From Eledone cirrhosa (lineage: Eukaryota), in the NCBI GenBank assembly GCA_964016885.1, contig OZ024745.1:78368001-78432000 (forward strand): DNA of 64,000 bases, written 5' to 3'. Below the pieces are notes generated by a model. The model made no database searches, had not been told where the DNA came from, and saw nothing but the letters and a program-made list of their open reading frames with translations. Below, piece after piece: positions 25,252-45,486 of this stretch. Made by a program: the position numbers and the translations under genes. Each line of letters begins with the position of its first letter. The first letter of the stretch is position 1.

Positions 25252-26621
25252 AGATCAAAAGATGGTTAAAAGAGTTCCAAGTATTTTATTATGCGCATTT
25301 CAAAAACAAATATCATCATGGGATGATATCTGCGTTCTCATCAGATAAAATAGGGATACATGATATGAAGCTTAAAAAACACTTGTGACTAGTGAAGTTT
25401 TAAATCAACATATAACAAATAAATTAAGATTGATGTATGAGATTGGGAAAAAGCGAGGGGGGGGGGGTAAGGAAGAGGAAGAGATGAGAGTAAAGAATGG
25501 TGGGGGAGGAGTATAAGAAGGAAGGATGAGAGAGAAGGAGAGATGGGTGATAGAGAGAGAGAGATAGCCTTTACAACTGAGAAAAAAATATATTGTCTCA
25601 CAGAGAGAAATTAAAAAGCCGTTGGAAGATAATAGATAATTTAAAAGAATTTGAAACAAAAGTTAATGAGGTTTATACATGAAGAGAAAAAGGAATTTAG
25701 AATAATATTAAATTAAGGTTTGTATATTGAAGGGTTTAATAATATGTGCGAGGAAAAGAATTTATTAATATGTATTATTAAAATAAAAATATTAATGATA
25801 TTAAGGATATAATGTGAAAAGAAGGAGAAGAATGCATGAGTTATGAATTTAGAGGAATTAGTTAGGGTTTAAGTTTGTTTTTATGTAATGTAATATGTGT
25901 ACGTAATATGTGTACGTAATATGTGTACGTGAATAGTTTGTTTAAAAATGAGCGCAGAAGGCAAAGAAGAAAAGAATGTTTAAGGAAGAAAATATCTAAC
26001 ATCAAAAAATATATATGTTTACGAAATATTTTCTAACGGTAATAATATAATATATTAAAAGAAATTAGTAGGGTTTAAGTTTGTTTTTATGTATTGTAAT
26101 ATGTAAAAGTCAAACGAGTATGATAGGATGGAGGAAATAAGAGAAATTTAAGGAAGAAAAAATCTAACGTCAAAAAAATTATATGTTTACGAAGGACTTC
26201 TAATGGTAATACTATAAGGTATTAAAAAAATAATAATTTTTATGGTCAATGATATGAAGAAAGATGGAAGAATGGATAATGTTCTGGTGAGTAATAATAA
26301 GAATTGAGAAGTAGTTAGGAATAAAAGGTACAGATTAGAGGTTAGAAATTAAAAAAGAAAAGAGGAAGAAAGGAGAATGATATAGAGGAATGATATAGAA
26401 TGAGTAACTTGTATTATATAATATATAATAAATAAAATTAAAATAAGGTAGAAAGGTGGGTATATTTGTAATAGATATATAAGCCTTTGGCAAAATTGAG
26501 GACGGAATAAATTAAATTAACCGATATAAAAGACACAGAAGCGAAAACCAACCAAACAGTGAGTGTGTTCTGTTATTAATTCTGGCAATATTATTACACA
26601 AATATGACCCTCCCCAAGTAT

Positions 26622-26628
<7 letters not shown>
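25245..26628 (-). mobile_element. Decayed non-coding Penelope-like element (hammerhead at one end, shared terminal motif at the other)
   Basis: Strongly C-poor plus strand, internal ~200-bp duplication (about 25855-26230) and hammerhead at 25282. The terminus ATGACCCTCCCCAAGTATAACAATA matches the reverse complement of the motif starting at 12173 with one mismatch. Confidence 0.45.
25282..25352 (-). ncRNA. Type I hammerhead ribozyme motif
   Basis: Minus strand: UAUUUUAU CUGAUGA GAACGCAGAUAUCAUC ccau GAUGAUAUUUGUUUUU GAA AUGCGCAU A AUAAAAUA. 8-bp stem I, 15 of 16 positions paired in stem II, palindromic stem III, AUA triplet. Confidence 0.9.
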
Positions 26629-26665
<37 letters not shown>

Positions 26666-27439
26666 GTATATGTATATATGTATATGTATATATAATGTAT
26701 ATGTATATATACATGTATATATATTTATATGTATATATACATGTATATATATGTATATGTATATATATAAGTATATATATGTATATGTTATATATGTTAT
26801 ATTTTATATATATATATGTATATTTTATATATATTATGTATATATGTATATATTTATGTATATATGTATATGTATATATATATATGTATATTTATATGTA
26901 TATATTTATGTATATATATATGTATATATATTATGTATATATATATATTTGTATATATATATATTTGTATATATGTATATGTATATGTATATATATATAT
27001 GTATATGTATATATATATATGTATATGTATAATATATATATATGTATATGTATATATATATATATGTATATTGTATATATATATATATATATGTGTGTAT
27101 GTATANNNNNNNNNNNNNNNNNNNNNNNNNNNNNNNNNNNNNNNNNNNNNNNNNNNNNNNNNNNNNNNNNNNNNNNNNNNNNNNNNNNNNNNNNNNNNNN
27201 NNNNNNNNNNNNNNNNNNNNNNNNNNNNNNNNNNNNNNNNNNNNNNNNNNNNNNNNNNNNNNNNNNNNNNNNNNNNNNNNNNNNNNNNNNNNNNNNNNNN
27301 NNNNNTATATGTATATTTATATATATATATATATATATGTATGTATATATATATGCATATATATATATGCATATATATATATGCATATATATATATGCAT
27401 ATATATATATGCATATATATATATGCATATATATATATG

Positions 27440-27488
<49 letters not shown>

Positions 27489-27553
27489 GTATATATGTAT
27501 GTATATATGTATATATATATGTGTATGTATATATGTATATGTATATATATATG

Positions 27554-27584
<31 letters not shown>

Positions 27585-27699
27585 GTATATATGTATATAT
27601 ATATATATGTATATATATATATGTATATATGTATATATATATATGTATATATATATATGTATATATATATATGTATATATATATGTATATATATATATG

Positions 27700-27744
<45 letters not shown>

Positions 27745-28851
27745 GTATATATATATATATGTATATATATATGTATATATATATATGTATATATATATGT
27801 ATATATATATATGTATATATGTATATATATATGTATATATATATATGTATATATATATATGTATATATATATATGTATATATATATAGGTATGTATATAT
27901 GTATATATATATATGTATGTATATATGTATATATATGTATGTATGTATATATGTATATATATGTATGTATATATATATGTATGTATATATATATGTATAT
28001 ATATATATATGTATGTATATATATATATGTATGTATATATATATATGTATATATATATGTATATATATATATGTATATATATATATGTATGTATATATGT
28101 ATATATATATATGTATGTATATATATATGTATATATATATGTATGTATATATATATGTATATATATATGTGTATGTATATATGTATATATATATATGTAT
28201 GTATATATATATGTATATATATATATGTATATATATATATGTATATATATATATGTATATATATATATGTATATATATATATGTATATATATATGTATAT
28301 ATATATATGTATATATATATGTATATATATGTATGTATATATATATATGTATATGTATATATATATATGTATATATATATGTATATATATATGTATATAT
28401 ATGTATATATATATATATATGTATATATATATGTATATATATATGTATATATATGTATATATATATATGTATATATATATATGTATATATATATATGTAT
28501 ATATATATATGTATGTATATATATGTATATATATATATGTATATATATATATGTATATATATATATGTATATATATGTATATATATGTATATATATATAT
28601 GTATGTATATATATGTATATATATATATGTATATATATGTATATATATGTATATATATATATGTATATATATGTATATATATGTATATATATGTATATAT
28701 ATATATGTATATATATATATGTATATATATATATGTATATATATATATGTATATATATATATGTATATATATATATGTATATATATATATGTATATATAT
28801 ATATGTATATATATATATGTATATATATATATGTGTATATATATATATGTG

Positions 28852-28882
<31 letters not shown>

Positions 28883-28891
28883 GTATATATG

Positions 28892-28924
<33 letters not shown>

Positions 28925-29433
28925 GTATATATATATATGTATATATGTATATATGTATGTATATATGTATGTATATATATATATGTATATATATATATGT
29001 ATATATATATATATGTATATATATATATGTATATATATATATGTATATATATGTATGTATATATATATATGTATATATATATATGTATATATGTATGTAT
29101 ATATATATATGTATATATATATGTATATATATATGTATATATGTATGTATATATATATATGTATATATATATGTATATATATATGTATATATATATGTAT
29201 ATATATATGTATATATATATATGTATATATATATGTATATATATATATGTATATATATATGTATATATATATATGTATATATATATGTATATATATATAT
29301 GTATATATATATGTATATGTATATATATATGTATATATATATATGTATATATATATGTATATATATATATGTATATATATATGTATATATATATATGTAT
29401 ATATATATATGTATATATGTATATATATATATG

Positions 29434-29471
<38 letters not shown>

Positions 29472-30181
29472 TATGTATATATATATATGTATGTATATAT
29501 ATATATGTATATATATATATGTATGTATATATATATATGTATATATATATGTATGTATATATATATATGTATATATATATATGTATATATATATATATGT
29601 ATATATATATATGTATATATATGTATGTATATGTATGTATATATATATATGTATATGTATATATATATGTATATATATATGTATATATATATATGTATAT
29701 ATATATGTATATATATATATGTATATATATATGTATATATATATGTATATATATATGTATATATATATGTATATATATATATGTATATATATATGTATAT
29801 ATATATATGTATATATATATGTATATATATATGTGTATATATATATGTATATATATATGTATATATATGTATATATATATGTATATATATATGTATATAT
29901 ATATGTATATATATATATGTATATATATATATGTATATATATATATGTATATATATATGTATATATATATGTATATATATATATGTATATATATATGTAT
30001 ATATATATATGTATATATATATATGTATATATATATATGTATATATATATATGTATATATATATATGTATATATATATATGTATATATATATGTATATAT
30101 ATATATGTATTTATATATATGTATATATATATATGTATATATATATATGTATATATATATATGTGTATATATATATATGTG

Positions 30182-30212
<31 letters not shown>

Positions 30213-30221
30213 GTATATATG

Positions 30222-30252
<31 letters not shown>

Positions 30253-30736
30253 GTATATATATATATGTATATATGTATATATGTATGTATATATGTATGT
30301 ATATATGTATATGTATATATATATATGTATATATATATGTATATATATATATATGTATATATATGTATGTATATATATATATGTATATATATATGTATAT
30401 ATGTATGTATATATATATATGTATATATATATGTATATATATATGTATATATATATGTATATATATATGTATATATATATGTATATATATATATGTATAT
30501 ATATATGTATATATATATGTATATATATATATGTATATATATATGTATATATATATATGTATATATATATGTATATATATATATGTATATATATATGTAT
30601 ATATATATATGTATATATATATATGTATATATATATGTATATATATATATGTATATATATATATGTATATATATATATGTATATATATATATGTATATAT
30701 ATATATGTATATATATATATGTATATATATGTATGT

Positions 30737-30777
<41 letters not shown>

Positions 30778-30799
30778 TATGTATATATATATATGTATG

Positions 30800-30832
<33 letters not shown>

Positions 30833-31557
30833 GTATATATATATATGTATATATATATATGTATATATATGTATGTATATGTATGTATATATATATATGT
30901 ATATATGTATATATATATGTATATATATATGTATATATATATGTATATATATATATGTATATATATATGTATATATATATGTATATATATATATGTATAT
31001 ATATATGTATATATATATATGTATATATATATGTATATATATATGTATATATATATATGTATATATATATGTATATATATATATGTATATATATATATGT
31101 ATATATATATGTATATATATATATGTATATATATATATGTATATATATATGTATATATATATGTATATGTATATATATGTATATGTATGTATATGTATAT
31201 ATATGTATATGTATATATATGTATATGTATATGTATTTATATGTATGTATATATATATGTATATGTATATGTATTTATATGTATGTATATGTATTTATAT
31301 GTATATGTATATGTATTTATATGTATGTATATGTATATGTATTTATATGTATATGTATATGTATTTATATGTATGTATATATATATGTATATGTATATTT
31401 ATTTATATGTATGTATATACGTATATATATATGTATATTTATTTATATGTATGTATATACGTATATATATATGTATATTTATTTATATGTATGTATATAC
31501 GTATATATATATATGTATATGTATTTATATGTATATGTATTTATATGTATGTATGTA
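26629..31557. repeat. Compound (TA)n/TG microsatellite array, about 4.9 kb including the gap
   Basis: Alternating pyrimidine-purine sequence; TA runs punctuated by TG. Confidence 0.99.
27106..27305. other. Assembly gap of 200 N
   Basis: Run of exactly 200 N, typical of a fixed-size scaffolding spacer. Confidence 0.99.
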
Positions 31558-32110
31558 TGGTCGGGTCGTTGGCGACTAAACTGGCAACCCCACGAAGGTT
31601 GCTTGGTGAGGAGGGTGACTTTGGACATCCTGCAGGACTAAAAACAAAACCTGTCAAAGGGCAAAGGAGCTCTTAAGAGTCAATGACCATTCAAAATCAC
31701 CGGGAGAGATGACCCCTTAGCCTTTGTTAAGGCAGAATTCTAGGAGAAAGAAAACTCTGATATAACACCTGCAACCCTGATGGTATCTAATGATGTTGAC
31801 TTGTTCTTCTTTTTGGTAAATATCATCTTGGTTAAGAGAGAGGGACTGGCTTTGTGCAGTGCCTTTGCTCACTATAAAAGCTTCACGGCACAGGCATTGC
31901 TTTATATCTGGAGATCTCTCTGCACTTGTCGTCACATGGTACCATGGGCCCAGCACTGTGTCAATAATTGTCACAAGTGTAGTGTTTGTACCAGAGTTTT
32001 CAAGTCGCTGGCTGGACTAAAAAGTCACACTCGTTCAGCGCATCGGTAGGGGTTCTCCTACATGGATATAAAGTAGTGGCCGTACTCGAAAACGAGTTGG
32101 CAGCCACCAT
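31558..32110 (+). mobile_element. Non-autonomous bipartite RTE derivative (5' UTR fused to a 3' zinc-finger end)
   Basis: 5' part resembles the UTR preceding the RTE endonuclease at 34838. 3' part encodes [24 protein letters not shown] and ends GTACTCGAAAACGAGTTGGCAGCCACCAT. Near-identical to 38870-39425. Confidence 0.75.
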
Positions 32111-33728
<1,618 letters not shown>

Positions 33729-34627
33729 AAATGTGTGCAAGGTTGACCTCGGCGGGATTTGAGCTCGGAGCGTGGAGGGCCATAGCTCTATGCTGTAAAG
33801 CAATTATAATAATACTGAACGGTAACACGAACGGCTTCAGTTATACGAACTCTTTCAAAAGTCAACAGTTTGACATAATCTTGTATCAGTAATGGCGTAA
33901 TATCTGTATATATATGTATATATATATATAAAGACGAAGTTTTCTGTATGTGTGTGTGGACAATTTTTAATGAGGGCTCATATATTCTAAACCATTCGTG
34001 CGATTTCTTTGAATTTTTTACAGAGCTTGTCCTTGTACAAAACCTGTACATGATCTACAAAGGCTTTCAAAAATCGATATTGGGGCCTTTGGAGACATTA
34101 AAAAAATGTTGGTTATTTGTGTGAATTTTCTTGATTAAGTAAGACAAGAGTTATCTTTAAGTAAGACAAGAGTTATCTTTCGTAATTCGGTTCATTCGGA
34201 TTTTAATTTACTATTTGTACTTGAAACAAAAGGTACGCTTCCTTGAGACTAACAATATCGTTTTGTATATTTCACAACCAGCAATTTCTAACAGATTACT
34301 AAGTTAAGTTATAGATTTGACAGAGTATAATTTATCGTTTCAAGCTTGATGTTCATACATTAAGTGATGTCATAACTTTTACAATATTATGCTTTGTACA
34401 TAATAGTGTCTATTATTCACTTGACTTCTCTATTTCATGATGCGCTTTTACTGTTGTCAAAAAAGACATCGAGCTCACATATTAATTATTTCGCTGGAAT
34501 AGTGCCTAAGGTTTTCATGTTTACATAAAGTACGTTTTTCTTCTATGTATTCACATTTACTTTGTTTAGTTTAATGAGCTACATCGAAAGCTACTTGAAC
34601 CGTCCAAAGGATAGGTAGTTTAGGTAG

Positions 34628-34707
<80 letters not shown>

Positions 34708-34837
34708 TAGAGTGTGTGTGTTTGTTTGTATGCATGAGTGTTGGTGTGCGCGCATGTGTGTGTGTGTGTATGTCGTACGTATGAGTGTCAATAAGTGAGT
34801 TTTTTTGTTTGTTTTTTATGCGCGAGGACATAGAAAT

Positions 34838-35920
34838 AGTCGGGCTGGATACCCGATCGCGCAGTTAAACCACTGGGAGTGAAGGACCCCTAGCCCTTGT
34901 CAGGGGATTCTGCTAGGAGAAGGCAACTCAGGAAACTGGGTTAATTCCGATATAAAACCTGCGGCCTAGTAGTTACCGATGATGTTGATCCTTTCTTCTG
35001 TTCGCGTTATAGCTACTGTCGCTCAGAGAGTGGGTTTGGCTCAGTGCACAGTCTTTCCTCACTTATTCTTCACGTACAGGCATTGCACGATTGCATTAAT
35101 TAATAATTATTAATAGTGTATTATTATTGTTATTATTATTACTATTACTATAATTTTTTTTTTCTTTCCCAATTCAATGATGTTCCAGAACAATATAAAA
35201 GAGATAATTGGCAATAAGGGTTCTGGAACAAAAGAGATAATTGGCAATAGGGGCAGGGGCCCCAGGTTATCACAGCCAGGGCCTGCTCGTCATCGTGCCA
35301 CTGTGATAGAGCCAAACAAGGCATTTAGTCTTGGCTGCTGGAATGTACGGACGCTGCTTGACAGGGATTCCTTGGAACGTCCTGAACGAAGGACCGCTCT
35401 TGTTGCAAAGGAGCTTCGACGTTATGATCTTGACATCGTAGCTTTATCTGAGACGAGGTTAACTGGGGATGGTCATCTTACAGAATTTTGTGGAGAATAT
35501 ACATTCTTCTGGAAAGGAAGAGATGAAGGAACCAGAAGAGAGGCTGGGGTAGCATTTGCGGTTAAGACTGCTCTTGTGGATAAATTAGAAGAATTCCCAG
35601 TGGGAATTAGTGAGCGTCTTATGTCCATGAGAGTTCCGCTGGACAAAGGAAGATATGCGACCTTGGTGAGTGTGTATGCTCCATCTATGAATTCTGTCGA
35701 TGAAGAAAAAGTGTCCTTTTACCATGACTTGAAAGGTGTTTTAAGAAATATCCCTCAGGCAGACAAAGTCATCGTGCTTGGTGCGAAGGTCCTCCTATGG
35801 CGCTGACATGCAGCGTCTGTGCGAAACTATGTCTAAGCAAAGCTGGACTCGAAAGTCATCTTCGCAGTCGTAAAGTGAGACCAGTGGTTCTATTAGGCTG
35901 CTATTGGAGATGCTACTCAA
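34838..35920 (+). mobile_element. Internally deleted RTE/BovB-like LINE: 5' UTR, N-half of APE endonuclease, then C-terminal zinc finger
   Basis: CWNVRTLLD...RPERRTALVAKEL...DIVALSETRL...YTFFWKG...LVSVYAP...KVIVLG breaks just before the expected GDFN motif. It is followed by LTCSVCAKLCLSKAGLESHLRS (about 35803-35870). Confidence 0.9.
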
Positions 35921-36027
35921 CATGCTTGCCAAGAATTGAGCACTCCTTTGATAAGCGTATGAAATGTTTAATATAATACCCTAATAACCATTAATCTGGA
36001 TACCTAAATATGGAATGTTACGCGATG

Positions 36028-36058
<31 letters not shown>

Positions 36059-36060
<2 letters not shown>

Positions 36061-37035
36061 ACACAGCCCCGGCGGACAGGATGGAGAAGGCGTTCCCGCG
36101 GAGGACGGCAAGGAAGACGCGCTGGAAAAGCCACTCCAACTCGCAGGGTTCACACCTGCGGCTGGCCAGCTCAGCGCCTATGGTGGTGAGTCGTGAGGTA
36201 GCCCTGGGGCCGAGGACACCAGAAGTCCCCACTGCCAGCGGTATAGCTGCAAACCTGTCGGAGAGCGACCGGTATTTGAGGAGCTTGGCCTCCTCAGCCC
36301 GACGTGCAGCAGAACCGGGGTTAGTGGCAGACTGCACCAGGTTGCGGCCGCAGAAACTGTCGGTGCAGACGAGGGGTTTGCCACCGCGGAACGGGAAGAT
36401 GGTCATGCCATCTGGCCTTTTGCCGTCCCCTCGGTCCAGCCCCACCGGCTTGAGCTGGGAGGGGAAGCCCGCAGCGTCCAAACCATGCTTTATGACCTCG
36501 TTGAGGGCTGCATGGCGTGGAATGCGGCCGGCACTGTGGCGACAGGAAAGTGGGTGGAGGCCCAAAGAGTCCACGGTGGAACCGCAGCGACATTGGTGTG
36601 ACTCGCAGATCAGGAGGCCGAGCCTCAAGGAAACGCCGATGCGCAGGCTATTGTTGTCTAGCTGCATGCCAGTGGAGAAGGAGGGCAGGGCATGGAGCCA
36701 GGCACCACTGTGGGGTTTGGAGGCCGCACGAAAGCAGGCAAGGCGGTGCTGGTCGAGCTGGCGCGTGAGCCTGTCTGAGGCCAGGCTGCACTGGATAGCA
36801 TCCCAAGTGCTTTGGAGGACTTGACGTCAACAGGGAGTGAAGGAGGAGGGACGTCTACTGGGGTAAGTCCCAGCCGGTCCCACGTCTCACAGGCGGCCTC
36901 ACGTTCTCTGAACACAGAGGGTTCTATTGTGTTTTGAAGAACCCTGCTGACGAGGACATGGAACGAGGTTACCGACGAAAGATACGCCGGCAAAGCCAGC
37001 GAGAACGGGGACCGGGGGCCAAGGCCGCCATACCA
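36059..37035 (-). mobile_element. 5'-truncated CRE-clade non-LTR retrotransposon (RT C-terminus, CCHC knuckle, restriction-like endonuclease), frameshifted
   Basis: GGLGPRS...LALPAYLSS, then LRLGL..C..H.CRCG...GLHPLSC...RH..LN...DGKRPDGMT...LQ/LRGNA-type end. GC-rich island next to a (CA)n tract. Confidence 0.88.
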
Positions 37036-37370
37036 AGCATGTGGTAGAGATGTAAATCAGCAGGAGGGCTCAAACGACATGCAAAAGTACATGAACTCCA
37101 ACCACAGCCGGCTATTTCCAGTGAGTGTTTTGGTTGCCAAATCTGTGCAAGACATTTTAGATCATTGGCTGAGCTAAAAAACCACATTCGATCGTAGTGC
37201 TGTTAGTTGCTATCGTGTGTGTTTGTGTGTAGATATGTTTGTGTGTGTGTGTGTACATATATATATATGTGTATTATTATTATTGTTGTTATTATTGTTA
37301 TTATTATTATTATTATATTTGTTTCTCGTGCAATGGCCATACTCGATAACGAGGGGGCAGCCATCATCAT
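37036..37370 (+). mobile_element. RTE-type 3' end with two degenerate C2H2 fingers and a (CAT)n tail
   Basis: CKSAGGLKRHAKVH and [22 protein letters not shown]. Terminal ATACTCGATAACGAGGGGGCAGCCATCATCAT resembles the 32085-32110 end. Confidence 0.65.
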
Positions 37371-38811
<1,441 letters not shown>

Positions 38812-38814
38812 TTA

Positions 38815-39425
38815 TGTCAGGTCACCAGTTGGTGCTACTGGTAACATGTATCCCAGTACAACCTGTCTCATGGTCGGGTCGTTGGCGACTAAACTGGCAA
38901 CCCCACCAAGGTTTCTTGGTGAGGAGGGTGACTTTGGACATCCTGCAGGACTAAAAACAAAACCTGTCAAAGGGCAAAGGAGCTCTTAAGAGTCAATGGC
39001 CATCCAAAATCACCGGGAGAGATGACCCCTTAGCCTTTGTCAAGGCAGAATTCTAGGAGAAGGAAAACTCTGATATAACACCTGCAACCCTGATGGTATC
39101 CAATGATGTTGACTTGTTCTTCTTTTTGGTAAATATCATCTTGGTTAAGAGAGTGGGACTGGCTTTGTGCAGTGCCTTTGCTCACTATAAAAGCTTCACG
39201 GCACAGGCATTGCTTTATATCTGGAGATCTCTCTGCACTTGTCATCACAGGGTACAATGGGCCCAGCACTATGTGTCAATAATTGTCACAAGTGTAGTGT
39301 TTGTACCAGAGTTGTCAAGTCGCTGGCTGGACTAAAAAGTCACACTCGTTCAGCGCTTCGGTAGGGGTTCTCCTACATGGATATAAAGTAGTGGCCGTAC
39401 TCGAAAACGAGTTGGCAGCCACCAT
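38815..39425 (+). mobile_element. Second, longer copy of the bipartite RTE derivative
   Basis: Colinear with 31558-32110 plus about 55 extra 5' bases; TA microsatellite on both sides. Confidence 0.78.
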
Positions 39426-42969
<3,544 letters not shown>

Positions 42970-43594
42970 ATAAACGGAAAAAAATGAAACGATATTTCAT
43001 TTCCCACTCTTAGTACGGCTGTTACTTAAATATAAGTATGTACACGTACATACATATATGTATACCGACGTACAGTAGTATGTATATATATATATACATA
43101 CATGCACACATATATATATGCACGTATGGATTCACCGAACATTTAATATAATGCTCGGTGTGTTTGTAAACAAACATCCCGTATTAAGCCATAGTGTCTA
43201 GCAACCACCGTTGCTCGTTTGTTCAACACTGACAAAGGAACGCTGTACTAGTTTCAAGCTTGTTAGCTATCGTCAGCAACGTATACCTTCCTGCCAGATT
43301 GTTGAACGTATATACTTACCTTATGCATATTAACGGCTGAGTAGCCCAATTTGCATATCGAGTGGGTTAATCGGCCGGGTGCACCGAAAACGATAAACGG
43401 AAAAAAATGAAACGATATTTCATTTCCCACTCTTAGTACGGCTGTTACTTAAATATAAGTATGTACACGTACATACATATATGTATACCGACGTACAGTC
43501 GTATGTATATATATATATACATACATGCACACATATATATATATGCACGTATGGATTCACCGAACATTTATTATAATGCTCGGTGTGTTTGTAA
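42970..43594 (-). mobile_element. Candidate non-LTR retrozyme or Penelope-derived unit: ~1.5 copies of a 423-nt monomer
   Basis: Near-identical ~200-bp direct repeats at 42970-43169 and 43393-43594 flank a unique segment containing the hammerhead; embedded in TA microsatellite. Confidence 0.65.
43235..43289 (-). ncRNA. Type I hammerhead ribozyme motif inside a 423-nt repeat unit
   Basis: Minus strand: AAGG-uau-ACGUUG CUGACGA u AGCU aaca AGCU u GAA ACUAGU A CAGCGU-u-CCUU. Intact core, palindromic ACUAGU, GUA triplet. Confidence 0.88.
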
Positions 43595-44110
43595 TATATA
43601 TATGTATGTATGTATATATATATATGTATGTATATATATATATATGTATGTATATATATATATATGTATGTATATATATATATGTATATATATGTATGTA
43701 TATATATATATGTATATATATATATGTATATATATATATGTATATATATGTATGTATATATATATATGTATGTATATATATATATATGTTTGTATATATA
43801 TATATGTATGTATATATATATATGTATGTATATATATATGTATGTATATATATATATATGTTTTCTCTTTCTCTTAATTTCGAGTATATTTTTTTGACCG
43901 GCCACCTTCCTGGTGGCTATGTATGTATATATATATGTATGTATATATATATGTATGTATATATATATGTATGTATGTATATATGTATGTATGTATATAT
44001 GTATGCATATATGTATATATATATGTATGTATATATATATGTATGTATATATGTATATATATATGTATGTATATATATGTATATAGCGAGAGTGTGTGTG
44101 TGTGTGTGTT
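43595..44110. repeat. Compound (TA)n/TATG microsatellite
   Basis: Direct inspection; short unique island at 43860-43918. Confidence 0.97.
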
Positions 44111-44667
44111 CTTCAGAGCTCAATGTTCTTAGTCAACTGTGTTGTCTCTGTCGTATTTGAAACACACCAGAGACAACACAGTTGAAGGATTCAAAAGTTT
44201 TTATTGCATTTCTAAATATATTTAACCTCGTTAAGTGATATATGAACGAATTGAAAGAAGCGTCTCTCCTCTTGTACCCATTTGCAGATGGCTTATTCGA
44301 TATAATTGTAGGCCTTTAAATACTAAATTGTTGTTGTATACTAAATTATGACTGTATATGCTCCTGATGTGGTAGTGTCGTAAAGAAGATTTTGGATCTA
44401 ACAGCATCTATTATTTCCCTTCTTATTTCTGTCTTGTATGTCAAACTTTGAAGCAAATCCTTCGAGAATGTCCAGTGTGGACATACGTAACATATTTTTA
44501 ACAAGTATTTACTGTAGTTACAATCTCTTACTTTGATTATTTGTTTTGTAAATGCGTTTTGCAATATCTCCAGTTGACAACTAAGGCCTTGTCTACTAGA
44601 AGACCAAATTTTGTAAGTAGTAGCTTACTTAAAACAAGGGATTTCCAGAATGTCACTATCATTGTCT

Positions 44668-44830
44668 CAGACCTGTTAACTCTCCCTGTCCGACGAGGAG
44701 ATCTCCCACCCACTTTGAGGTGAGTGAGCGATGTCTTCTCTTTTGAAAATGGGTATAGCTTTCATTATGTAAAATTTCCCCATTTTGCCTCATTTCTCCT
44801 CGTTTGGGTTTTTAGCGGTTGGCAGATCTG
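44668..44830 (+). mobile_element. MITE, same family as 23283-23463
   Basis: CAGACCTGTTAAC...GTTGGCAGATCTG with shared internal sequence. Confidence 0.8.
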
Positions 44831-45306
44831 TTGTCCACTCTCTCATCATAATAGTTCTCGGTATCCAGCAACTGAGCCTTCGACAGGTTATTGATTGTCT
44901 TTGGGAATATTTGGAGAAAGATACGTATGTAACTGTAGCTATGCCGAAACCACAATTGTTGTTACACCTTTCCTTGTTTTGTTTTGTTTTTTTTTTAGAA
45001 CATTTCCCTGGGGATTTACTGTGTAGTTCATATACATTGAATACGAATAACGTTGTTATCATTAGCTTGGTTAGATATGGCATATAGATCTCGTTTGGAT
45101 GCATTAATATTAATGAAAGTTTAGCCAGCATGTCTTTCACCTACGTCACTCTGGATTATAGGAAACTAGTTCCCCCGTGGAAGACATTTACTTTCCGGGA
45201 AATAAGTTAATAATGTCATTGTTTTGTAAATGCTCATTCTAGTGACCGAAAGAATTAGAGGTTGGGTTTTTAATAAGTTTTCTTCTGTCGAACGAATGTT
45301 ATCTTA

Positions 45307-45486
45307 GTGGATTGGCAGTATCGGTTGAGGGTCGGACGCCATGCTTTCCAGCATAGTTACGTCCCTTTACGATCTCAGTTCAAATCCCGCCGAGGTTGAC
45401 TTTGCCTTTCATCCTTACGGGGTCGATAAAATAAAGTACCAGTAATGCACTGGGTAATTGCTGGCCTTGTGCCTAAAGTAGAAACA
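45307..45486 (+). mobile_element. Same SINE family
   Basis: Flanked by a GTTATCTTAGT duplication. Confidence 0.9.

Noticed and set aside
26287-26298. GTGAGTAATAAT matches 12 nt of the 3' part of miR-126-3p inside an EGFL7-like intron
   Set aside because: The seed region is absent, there is no complementary arm, and the match lies in AT-rich repeat-derived sequence.
35177-35806. 209-aa ORF as a host endonuclease gene
   Set aside because: Truncated LINE APE domain flanked by retroelement UTR and tail sequence.
36015-36824. 269-aa plus-strand ORF
   Set aside because: Antisense shadow of the GC-rich CRE element on the minus strand.
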